From Candidatus Limnocylindrales bacterium (GTDB lineage: Bacteria; Chloroflexota; Limnocylindria; Limnocylindrales; CSP1-4), in assembly GCA_038328755.1 (NCBI GenBank), contig JBBQMH010000002.1, forward strand, positions 12,175 through 76,174: DNA of 64,000 bases, written 5' to 3'. Positions within the stretch are counted from its first letter, which is position 1. Every line of letters begins with the position of its first letter. The notes under the pieces are model-generated. The model was given only the letters and a program-made list of their open reading frames with translations. It had not been told where the DNA came from and did no database searches. The position numbers and the translations under genes are program-made. Positions 17,918 through 25,403 of the stretch are shown here, one piece after another.

Positions 17918-19192
17918 GTGCGCACACCCGATTACCAGCGCCGCGTGGCCGTCACCGGACTCGGCGTCGTCAGTCCCGTCGGAAACGACGTCCCGACCGT
18001 CTGGAACAACCTCCTGAAGGGCGTCTCGGGACTCGGTGAGATCACCCGTTTTGACGCATCCGGCTATGACCATCGTTCGGCCGGCGAGGTCCGCGGATTC
18101 GAGCCGACCGACTGGATGGAGGCGAAGGCGGTCCGCCGAAGCGAAAGTGACATCCACTTCGGCGTGGCCGCGGCCAAGCAGGCTCTGGCCGATTCGGGCT
18201 TCGAGATCACGGACGAGAACCGGACCGAGGTCGGCGTCGTCTACGGCTCGGGCGCTGGCGGACAGCGCCTGATGATCGACTCCTACCGGACGCTCCATGA
18301 GAAAGGTCCCAATCGAGTTCCGCCCACGTTCATCGCCAACGCGCTCGTCGACTCAGCCTCAGGGATGATCGCCATCGAAACCGGGGCAATCGGTCACAAC
18401 ATCTGCATCGTTTCCGCCTGCGCCACCGGCACCCACAACGTCGCTGAGGGGGCCGAGGCCATCCGGCGCGGCGACTGCATCGCGGTGATCAGCGGCTCCA
18501 CCGAAGCTCCCCTCATCGAGGTGGCCCATGCCGGCTTCGGGAACATGCGCGGCCTCGGCTCGCCTCGGCCCGGCGAGGATCGGGCGACGGTGTCCCGACC
18601 GTTCGACCTGACGCGGAACGGGTTCGTGCTCGGCGAGGGCGCCGGCGGTCTGTTCCTGGAGGACCTCGAGTTGGCGAAAGCCCGCGGGGCGAAGATCTAT
18701 GCCGAGGTCGTCGGATACGGCTCGGCAGCCGACGGATGGGACATGATCCAGCCCATCGAGCACGGAACCGGCTCGGCCCGGGCGATGAAGATGGCGCTCG
18801 ATCGACGCGGCGTGCCCGCCGACGAGGTGGATCTGATCAACCCGCACGGGACCTCGACGCCGGTCGGCGATGCGCGGGAGACCGAGGCCATCTGGACGGT
18901 CTTCGGCGACCGGTCGGCCGGAGCCCGGCGCTCGCTCGCGATCAGCGCGACCAAGTCGATGACCGGCCACATGATGGGTGCGGCCGGCGCATTCGAGGCC
19001 TTCGCCACGGTCATGTCGATCGCCACCCAGACCGTGCCCGGCACGCTCAACTACCGCGACCCCGACCCGGCCTGCGATCTGTGGATCGTGGACGAGACCA
19101 TCGAGGCACCCATCCGCTACGCCCTTTCGAACAACATCGGGCTGGGCGGCCACAACGGGGCTGTCATCTTCAAGCGGTACGACGGAGATTGA
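17918..19192 (+). CDS. fabF: beta-ketoacyl-ACP synthase II (KAS II), copy 1
   Basis: GTG start after AAGGAG. RRVAVTGLGVVSPVGN, catalytic Cys (VSACATG), both His (NPHGTSTPVGD, KSMTGHMMGAAG), and NNIGLGGHNGAVIF. Confidence 0.9.
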   Translation: MRTPDYQRRVAVTGLGVVSPVGNDVPTVWNNLLKGVSGLGEITRFDASGYDHRSAGEVRGFEPTDWMEAKAVRRSESDIHFGVAAAKQALADSGFEITDENRTEVGVVYGSGAGGQRLMIDSYRTLHEKGPNRVPPTFIANALVDSASGMIAIETGAIGHNICIVSACATGTHNVAEGAEAIRRGDCIAVISGSTEAPLIEVAHAGFGNMRGLGSPRPGEDRATVSRPFDLTRNGFVLGEGAGGLFLEDLELAKARGAKIYAEVVGYGSAADGWDMIQPIEHGTGSARAMKMALDRRGVPADEVDLINPHGTSTPVGDARETEAIWTVFGDRSAGARRSLAISATKSMTGHMMGAAGAFEAFATVMSIATQTVPGTLNYRDPDPACDLWIVDETIEAPIRYALSNNIGLGGHNGAVIFKRYDGD

Positions 19193-19201
19193 CCCGGCCC
19201 T

Positions 19202-20524
19202 GTGAGCGGCCAGCGCGCCGGTACAATCGCCCAACCAGCCGCCCGCGAGGTGTCGCCCGTGCCTAGCCAGGATCCAGCCCGCCGAGCCGTCGTGACCGCG
19301 ATGGGCGCCATCACGCCCATCGGCAACGACGCCGAAACGTTCTGGGCGAATCTGCTGGCCGGAGTCTCCGGTGGCGGACCGATCACGACGTTCGATACGA
19401 CGCACCACGACGTGAAGATCGCGGCCGAGGTCAAGAACTTCGATCCAACGGACACGATGGACCGCAAGATGGCTCGCCGGATGAGTCGGTTCATCCACTT
19501 CGCCGTGGCCGCGGCAACCGAGGCGATCGAACGATCAGGCATCGACTTCTCGACCTGGACGCCCGAGCAGCGTGATCGCGTCGGCGTGGTCCTCAATACC
19601 GGCGGCGGCGGCATGGAGCAGGTGGTGGAGGGTGCCCGAGTGCTCTTCGACCGCGGCCCGGGGCAGGTCAGCCCGTTCGCGATCCCGGCCGTCTCGGGGA
19701 GCATGGCCGCGGCCCAGGTCTCGATGAAGTACGGCCTGACCGGACCGGTGATCACCCAGGTTGCGGCTTGTGCCTCGGGCGTCATCGCGTTCCAGGATGC
19801 CCTTCGACTCATCGCCAGCGACGAGTGCGATGTGGTCATTGCCGGCGGCTCGGAAGCACCACTCCTGCCGATGGCGTTCGCAGCGCTCGGCAACATGGGC
19901 GCGCTGTCCAAGCGCAATGACGATCCGGCCGGCGCCTCGCGACCCTTCGACCGAACCCGGGATGGGTTCGTCTTCGGCGAGGGGGCCGGCGTATTCGTCG
20001 TCGAATCGGCCGCCCACGCCATTGCCCGAGGCGCAACGATCCTGGCCGAGATCGCGGGTGCGTCCCTGACCGCCGATGCGTTCCACATCTCTGCGCCGGA
20101 GCCGACAGGGCGCGGCGCGGCGCGGGCGATGGGCAACGCGATGCGGCACGCCGGGATGGGACCCACCGACGTCGACTACCTGGTGGCCCATGGGACCTCG
20201 ACGCCGCTCAACGACGTGACCGAAACAAAGGCGATCAAGCGGGCGTTCGGCGAACGCGCTGCGTCGCTTCCGATCTCATCGCCGAAGTCGATGGTGGGCC
20301 ACATGCTCGGCGCCGCCGGCTCGATCGCCGGAATTGCGGCCATCGGTGCCATTCGCGACGGCTGGATCGCCCCGACGATCAACTACCGGGAGCCTGATCC
20401 CGAGTGCGACCTCGACTACACGCCGAACGTCAAGCGCAAGCTGCGGGTCGACACGGCAATGATCAATGGCTTCGGGTTCGGCGGGCAGAACGCGGTTGCG
20501 ATCTTCCGGCGGTTCGAGGGCTAG
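19202..20524 (+). CDS. fabF: beta-ketoacyl-ACP synthase II (KAS II), copy 2
   Basis: RRAVVTAMGAITPIGN, catalytic Cys (VAACASG), both His (VAHGTSTPLND, KSMVGHMLGAAG), and INGFGFGGQNAVAIF. Start uncertain (GTG 19202, 19250 or 19259). Confidence 0.9.
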   Translation: MSGQRAGTIAQPAAREVSPVPSQDPARRAVVTAMGAITPIGNDAETFWANLLAGVSGGGPITTFDTTHHDVKIAAEVKNFDPTDTMDRKMARRMSRFIHFAVAAATEAIERSGIDFSTWTPEQRDRVGVVLNTGGGGMEQVVEGARVLFDRGPGQVSPFAIPAVSGSMAAAQVSMKYGLTGPVITQVAACASGVIAFQDALRLIASDECDVVIAGGSEAPLLPMAFAALGNMGALSKRNDDPAGASRPFDRTRDGFVFGEGAGVFVVESAAHAIARGATILAEIAGASLTADAFHISAPEPTGRGAARAMGNAMRHAGMGPTDVDYLVAHGTSTPLNDVTETKAIKRAFGERAASLPISSPKSMVGHMLGAAGSIAGIAAIGAIRDGWIAPTINYREPDPECDLDYTPNVKRKLRVDTAMINGFGFGGQNAVAIFRRFEG

Positions 20525-21037
20525 TCAGTCGCGGAGTCTTCGCCCTTCGAAGGACTCGAAGGCCTCGGCCAGCGACGACGGGACCGGGATCGGACGCTCC
20601 GCCCGGTAGTCGTACGACACCAGGACCGAAGCGGCGACCGCCACGAGCCGCGCGGATCCGTAGCGGCTCTTCGGCGCCGTGATGCGGTGGACCATCTGGA
20701 AGCTCGACCGGCCGATGTGCTCCACCCGCGTCTCCACGACGAGGGCCTCGCCGTAATAGGCCTGACTCCGATACGTGACCCGGATCTCGGCCAGGATCAT
20801 GGCCTCCTCCGCCCCATGGACGCCGAGCTGGAACGGTTCGCCGGTCACCGTCTCGTAGTAGGCGGCGCGGCCGATCTCCACGTAGGTGAGGTAGGCGGCG
20901 TTGTTGACGTGGCCCATCGCATCGGTGTCCGCGAGGCGCACCTCGACCCCGTGGACGTGAGCGAAATCCCCCGGCAGATCACGGGCATCGTCGCCGCCGA
21001 CGGCGCGCGACCGGGGCGCAGGCGCTGGTTGGTTCAT
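20525..21037 (-). CDS. acyl-CoA thioesterase, 4HBT/YbgC hot-dog family
   Basis: 170 aa with VRLADTDAMGHVNNAAYLTYVEIGRAAYY, typical of 4HBT-fold thioesterases. Confidence 0.8.
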   Translation of the reverse strand: MNQPAPAPRSRAVGGDDARDLPGDFAHVHGVEVRLADTDAMGHVNNAAYLTYVEIGRAAYYETVTGEPFQLGVHGAEEAMILAEIRVTYRSQAYYGEALVVETRVEHIGRSSFQMVHRITAPKSRYGSARLVAVAASVLVSYDYRAERPIPVPSSLAEAFESFEGRRLRD

Positions 21038-21082
21038 GAGGCGAGTGTACGGCGCAGATCGCCGCGGTCCGGATCCTGGGCG

Positions 21083-21832
21083 CTATTCCCAGCGGAACAT
21101 CCGGATCGCGAGAGCCGCGGACCCGACACCCCAGACGAGGAGCGTGAGAACCGATCGAGCCTGGTCAACCGGCCCCCCGAGGGCGGCCCGGAAGAGATCG
21201 GCGAGCGCGGCAGCCGGTAGCACGTTGGCGATGGCTTCGAGCGGCGCCGGAAGGTGGTCTACGGGCAGGACGATGCCGCCGATCATCAGGAAGATCAGGA
21301 ACAGCGCGTTGGCGAGCGCGAGGGTCGCTTCGGCTCGAAGTGTTCCGGCCAGCAGCAGGCCCAGGCCGGCGAACGCCAGGGTCCCGAGCAGCAGGGCCAG
21401 TGTGAACATCGCCACGGACGTGCCCGCTGGAACCGTCCAGCCGAGCAGCCCGATCGCCATCGCGAGGAGGACGGCCACCTGGAGCAGTTCGAGGACGAGG
21501 ACGGCGGCCAGCTTTGCGGAGACGAGTCCCCAACGCGGCAGCGGCGATCCGCCAAGCCGTTTGAGGACCCCATAGGACCGTTCGTAGGCCGTCGCAATTC
21601 CCAGGTTGACGAGGCCACTGGCGATGACCGCGAGGGCGAGCGCTCCCGGCAGGAGGAAGTCGACCGGGCGACCGGCGATGCCGGGCACGATCCCGACCGT
21701 GGCGAAGAACAGGAGGACGCCGGCGGGGATGACCATCGTCACGAGCACGTTCTCGCCGCGGCGGGCCGTCAGCCGCAGCTCCTGGGCAGCAAGCGCGGAC
21801 ACCGCCCGGATTGGCGCCGCGGGGCGGCTCAC
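21083..21832 (-). CDS. ABC-2 type transporter permease
   Basis: Six-TM ABC-2 type protein. The most plausible start is GTG 21832, which overlaps the ATPase stop (GTGA). The 21955 ATG in the ORF track would overlap the ATPase by more than 120 nt and adds an Arg-rich leader. Confidence 0.75.
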   Translation of the reverse strand: MSRPAAPIRAVSALAAQELRLTARRGENVLVTMVIPAGVLLFFATVGIVPGIAGRPVDFLLPGALALAVIASGLVNLGIATAYERSYGVLKRLGGSPLPRWGLVSAKLAAVLVLELLQVAVLLAMAIGLLGWTVPAGTSVAMFTLALLLGTLAFAGLGLLLAGTLRAEATLALANALFLIFLMIGGIVLPVDHLPAPLEAIANVLPAAALADLFRAALGGPVDQARSVLTLLVWGVGSAALAIRMFRWE

Positions 21833-22866
21833 GCGGCGGACTCCACGGCGTCCGTGCGCTCTGCCGATCGGTCGCCCGTCAGCTCGAGATAGCGTTCCTC
21901 GAGGGTAGCGGCGGCGGCTCGAAGCTCGTGGATCTGGATCGAGGTGGCTGCGCACCAGGCGGCCACCGCCGCGATCAGCGGCGGATCCGGAGGCGCTCCG
22001 TCGATCACCAGCGAGCCGGGCGATCGTCCCGGGTCGGCCATCGCAATCGATCCGGGTACGGACGCGGACACCGCCGCGCCGAGTGACGACAGCTCGCCGG
22101 CGTCGAGCCCACGATCCAGGCGGATTCGAAGACGCGGTAGCGCGCCGGCGGCGAGGTCGGAGGGCGACCCATCGGCGACGATGTGACCGCCATGCAGGAT
22201 CAGGACGCGGTCCGCCAGTCGCTCGACGTCGCCCAGGTCGTGGGTCGTCAGCAGGATGGTCCGGCCCTCGGCATGCAGGCCGGCGATGAGATCACGCGTC
22301 GTCCGTCGGGCCTCCGGGTCCATCCCGGCAGTTGGTTCGTCGAGGACCAGGATCTCCGGGTCGCCAACCAGCGCGAGCGCCAGGGCCAGGCGCTGACGCT
22401 CTCCACCCGACAACCGTCGGGCCCGCGTACCCGCGACCGCGTCCAGTCCGACCAGCCTGAGGAGCCCATCCACTCCGGCCGGATGAGCGGGCTCGTGGAA
22501 TGCCGCGTACAGGCGCAGGGCCTCCCGCGGCGTGGTCCGCGGGTCGAGGCCCCCGCCCTGGAGCATCAGTCCGACACGCGACCGGAGAGCCGGACCGCCG
22601 AGTCGCGGGTCCATGCCCAGCACGCGAACGTCCCCGTCATCGGGGGCTCGATAGCCCTCGAGGATCTCGACTGCGGTGGTCTTCCCGGCGCCGTTGGGGC
22701 CGAGCAGGGCCACGACCTCTCCGTGGGCGATCTCGATGCTGATCGCGTCGAGGACGGTCCGGCCTCCATAGCGCTTGGTCACGCCATGGAGCGCGAGAGC
22801 CGGCGCGCTCGATGGGTCGAGCGCGAGAGCCGGCGCGCTCGATGGGTCCGAGCCCCCGACGGTCAC
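21829..22866 (-). CDS. ABC transporter ATP-binding protein (DrrA/NatA-like) with a C-terminal extension
   Basis: Walker A GPNGAGKTT, signature LSGGERQRL, Walker B ILVLDEPTAGMD, H-loop LLTTHD. The GTG start overlaps the upstream thioredoxin-like stop (GTGA). Confidence 0.9.
   Translation of the reverse strand: MTVGGSDPSSAPALALDPSSAPALALHGVTKRYGGRTVLDAISIEIAHGEVVALLGPNGAGKTTAVEILEGYRAPDDGDVRVLGMDPRLGGPALRSRVGLMLQGGGLDPRTTPREALRLYAAFHEPAHPAGVDGLLRLVGLDAVAGTRARRLSGGERQRLALALALVGDPEILVLDEPTAGMDPEARRTTRDLIAGLHAEGRTILLTTHDLGDVERLADRVLILHGGHIVADGSPSDLAAGALPRLRIRLDRGLDAGELSSLGAAVSASVPGSIAMADPGRSPGSLVIDGAPPDPPLIAAVAAWCAATSIQIHELRAAAATLEERYLELTGDRSAERTDAVESAA
22789..22848. repeat. perfect 30-bp tandem duplication inside the 5' end of the ABC ATPase gene
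   Basis: GAGCGCGAGAGCCGGCGCGCTCGATGGGTC occurs twice in direct succession (22789-22818 and 22819-22848). This gives an in-frame duplicated decapeptide, DPSSAPALAL x2. Confidence 0.9.
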
Positions 22867-23417
22867 GGACTGGTGGCCGCGGGTCCGGTGATCAGGGCGT
22901 AGAAGCGGTCGAACTCCGGGGCCGTCAGCTCGCCCACCTGGATGCCCCGTAATACCCCGTCACGGTCGATGAAGTAGGTCTGGGGCCGGGCAACGGCACG
23001 GTACGCGGCCCGGATCGCCCCGTCGGGGTCATCGACGGTTGGCCAGGTCGCCCCCTGGTCGCGGATGAAGTCCTGGGCAGGGGCGGGCGGATCGAACATG
23101 AGGACGCCCACGAGCGCCAGCCCTTCGGCGGCGTGCGCCGCGGTCCTGTCGATGAACAGCGCGAACTCGTCGCGGCAGGGAACGCACGAGGGTCCCCAGA
23201 AATTGACGATGACCGGGCGTCCGCGATACGAGGCGAGGGTGAGGGGCTGGCCGTCGAGGGTCGTTCCCTGGAATGCCGGGGCTGGCTGCCCGATGGAGAT
23301 GCCCGACGGCGCCGCCGGCCCGCCACCCGGCGCGATGGTACTGAGCGCGATCAGGACGACCGTCGTGAGCAGGGCCAGGACAACCGCGACGATGACGGGG
23401 CGCCGCCGAGGATCGAT
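22863..23417 (-). CDS. membrane-anchored TlpA/ResA-like thiol:disulfide oxidoreductase (5' end uncertain, no canonical start codon)
   Basis: The frame is open from the stop at 23451-23453. It reads DPRRRPVIVAVVLALLTTVVLIALS (TM anchor) ... GRPVIVNFWGPSCVPCRDEF (thioredoxin CxxC) ... QTYFIDRDGVLR. The only ATG/GTG/TTG codon in frame is GTG 23111, which lies downstream of the CxxC. I provisionally place the start at ATC 23417. Confidence 0.65.
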   Translation of the reverse strand: MDPRRRPVIVAVVLALLTTVVLIALSTIAPGGGPAAPSGISIGQPAPAFQGTTLDGQPLTLASYRGRPVIVNFWGPSCVPCRDEFALFIDRTAAHAAEGLALVGVLMFDPPAPAQDFIRDQGATWPTVDDPDGAIRAAYRAVARPQTYFIDRDGVLRGIQVGELTAPEFDRFYALITGPAATSP

Positions 23418-23439
23418 GTGTGAACCCGTGACCGGCCCC

Positions 23440-24513
23440 TTACTTGACTGTCAGCGTCCCGGTCATCTGCGGGATTGGATGGATCGAGCAGATGAAGACA
23501 TACGTACCCGGCGCGAGACCCTTGTACGAATAGGTGGTGGAGTCGCCACCATTGATCACGGCCTGGTTCTCGACCTCGGTGGTCTTGTCGGCAGCTCGAA
23601 TCGCGATGTCATGGGTGACGCCCGGCGGATCGGCATTCGTGAAGTCGATGGTGAAGGGCGTATTCGCCGGCACGGTCAGGCTGGTGATGTCATAGGCGAT
23701 GTCCTTGGCCGTGATCTTGAACGCGGTGCCAGGCGCTTCAGCCGCCCCGGATGGCGCGGGGCTTCCCGCCACGCCGTCGGCGGCCGTGTCGCTACTGCCC
23801 TTGGGCGGGATGATCCCGGCCTGGGCGAGGACAGCCAGCACGAACAGCGCAGAACCGACCTGGAGCAGGCGTCGCGGCCAGCGTGGTGGCGGGCCGTTCT
23901 CAAGATGACCGGTCTCGTCGGCCTGGACCGCCTGCGCATATTCGGTCTTGGCGTCAGGCAACCAGCCGAGCAGGGTCGTGATGAAGATGATCAGGCCCGC
24001 CGCGAGGAGCCAGCCGCCGAATACCAGGCCCGCCATCAAAGCGGCGGTCCCGAGGGCGCCGAGGACCGGTCTGAACGACGGACCCGGCATGTGAACACCC
24101 GGCGGGGGCCCGGCATGGACGACAGCCGGCAGGGTCTGGGCGTTCGTCGCGTGATCGAAATCACGAATGGCCTCGCGGCCCCAGTAGAGCAGCGTGAGGG
24201 CGAGAACGACCAGTCCGATGACGACCGCATCGCCACCCACGATGAGCCCCCACATCTGGGCTGCAAGCCCAACCGCCAGGAAGACGGGGGCGTACGTCGG
24301 ACCGGGCATGTGGACGTCCGGCGGCGTCACCGGCGTCAGACGAGCCGGTGCGCGCCGCTTCGGTCCCGCGGTGGCGAACCGACGCGCGGTGAGGAGGAAG
24401 AACAGCACCACGAGGGCAAGGAGCGCCACCGGAATGAGCTTGATCAGCTCGCCCCAGTCGGGCGTCACCACCTGCGCGAGCAGGTCCAGGATCGACTGCC
24501 AGAGCTCCTGCAT
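23440..24513 (-). CDS. polytopic membrane protein: duplicated CtaF (subunit IV) C-half-like modules fused to a C-terminal cupredoxin domain
   Basis: Six predicted TM helices. A module is repeated twice (VHMPGPTYAPV + 2 TM; VHMPGPSFRPV + 2 TM). It resembles, from memory, the PHSWWP loop and TM3-4 of actinobacterial CtaF. Ser/Ala/Pro linker, then a blue-copper domain (GVTHD ... FICSIHPIPQMTGTLTVK). Confidence 0.7.
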   Translation of the reverse strand: MQELWQSILDLLAQVVTPDWGELIKLIPVALLALVVLFFLLTARRFATAGPKRRAPARLTPVTPPDVHMPGPTYAPVFLAVGLAAQMWGLIVGGDAVVIGLVVLALTLLYWGREAIRDFDHATNAQTLPAVVHAGPPPGVHMPGPSFRPVLGALGTAALMAGLVFGGWLLAAGLIIFITTLLGWLPDAKTEYAQAVQADETGHLENGPPPRWPRRLLQVGSALFVLAVLAQAGIIPPKGSSDTAADGVAGSPAPSGAAEAPGTAFKITAKDIAYDITSLTVPANTPFTIDFTNADPPGVTHDIAIRAADKTTEVENQAVINGGDSTTYSYKGLAPGTYVFICSIHPIPQMTGTLTVK

Positions 24514-24529
24514 CGAGTGCCGGTCGCCC

Positions 24530-24724
24530 TCAGTCCTCGGTCGAGCCGGCGATCAGGACGTAGAACATCATCGCCGATGCCACGCCGAGAGCAGCCAGCA
24601 TCGTCACTCCCGCCCACTCGATGTGGTAACCAAGGGGAACGGCGCCGAGCGCGTAGAGCGCCCCGGTTGTGATGAAGGCGAGCGCGACGATCGCGACGTT
24701 CCTCGGATGGCGGAGTGCATGCAT
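24530..24724 (-). CDS. small two-TM protein resembling the N-terminal half of actinobacterial cytochrome oxidase subunit IV (CtaF)
   Basis: 64 aa; ATG preceded by GGGGGAGGG. The sequence IVALAFITTGALYAL..HIEWAGVTMLAALGVASAMMFYVL recalls the VEWAGTTALALTGG region of mycobacterial CtaF (from memory). It sits between ctaE and the CtaF-like fusion gene. Confidence 0.5.
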   Translation of the reverse strand: MHALRHPRNVAIVALAFITTGALYALGAVPLGYHIEWAGVTMLAALGVASAMMFYVLIAGSTED

Positions 24725-24739
24725 GCGCGTTCCCTCCCC

Positions 24740-25387
24740 CTACAGGAAGTACAGGATCGAGAAGAGAATGATCCAGACGACATCGACGAAGTGCCAGTAC
24801 AGGGATGCGGCCTCGACCGCGTCGTGGTGGCGGGATGAGAACTGGCCGGACATGCCGCGGTAGAGAACGACACCAAGCATGATCACGCCACCGAAGACGT
24901 GCGCGCCATGGAAGCCGGTGAGCGTGAAGTAGGTCGTCCCGAACGGGCCGGATCCCATCGTCAGGCCTTCATGGAACAGGAGGCTGTAGTCGTACGCCTG
25001 CAACAGCAGGAAGGTGATCCCGAGGATGAAGGTGACGGCCATGTTGCGAAGGAAGCCGCGTCGGTCATCCCGGCGGATCGCCCAGATCGCCATCTGCAGC
25101 GTCACCGAACTCACGATCAGGATGACGGTGGCGACGAGGATCAGCGAGAACGGATTGAGGATGCTGGCGAATTCCTGGGGCGGCCACTCCTTGACGCCGT
25201 TGACATCGACGAAGTTGGCCCGCGTACTGAAGTAGGCAGCGAACAAGCCGGCGAAGAACATCACCTCCGAAGTGATGAACAGGATCATCCCGAGGATCGG
25301 GTTGCTGATCCCACCACGGACATCGTGGGCCAGGCTCGCCATCGGGCTGTGCTCAATGGGCGTCAGGGCGTGGGTATCGGCGGTCAC
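24740..25387 (-). CDS. ctaE: cytochrome c oxidase subunit III
   Basis: GTG 25387 after GAGGGAG. NPILGMILFITSEVMFFAGLFAAYF, TGFHGAHVFGGVIML and YWHFVDVVWI are typical of COX3. The longer 25621 ORF start would overlap ctaD. Confidence 0.9.
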   Translation of the reverse strand: MTADTHALTPIEHSPMASLAHDVRGGISNPILGMILFITSEVMFFAGLFAAYFSTRANFVDVNGVKEWPPQEFASILNPFSLILVATVILIVSSVTLQMAIWAIRRDDRRGFLRNMAVTFILGITFLLLQAYDYSLLFHEGLTMGSGPFGTTYFTLTGFHGAHVFGGVIMLGVVLYRGMSGQFSSRHHDAVEAASLYWHFVDVVWIILFSILYFL

Positions 25388-25403
25388 GTTGATGAGTGCT
25401 CCC

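Noticed and set aside
19202-20524. Second KAS as a chain-length factor (a type II PKS KS-alpha/KS-beta pair)
   Set aside because: The second protein retains the active-site Cys (AACASG) and both His residues. There is no ACP, cyclase, aromatase or ketoreductase nearby, so a FAS-II-type KasA/KasB-like pair is more likely.
23065-24672. 535-aa plus-strand ORF across the oxidase operon
   Set aside because: It is antisense to the well-supported TlpA-like, CtaF-like and small subunit genes. The translation is Arg/Gly/Pro-rich low-complexity sequence typical of shadow ORFs in GC-rich DNA.
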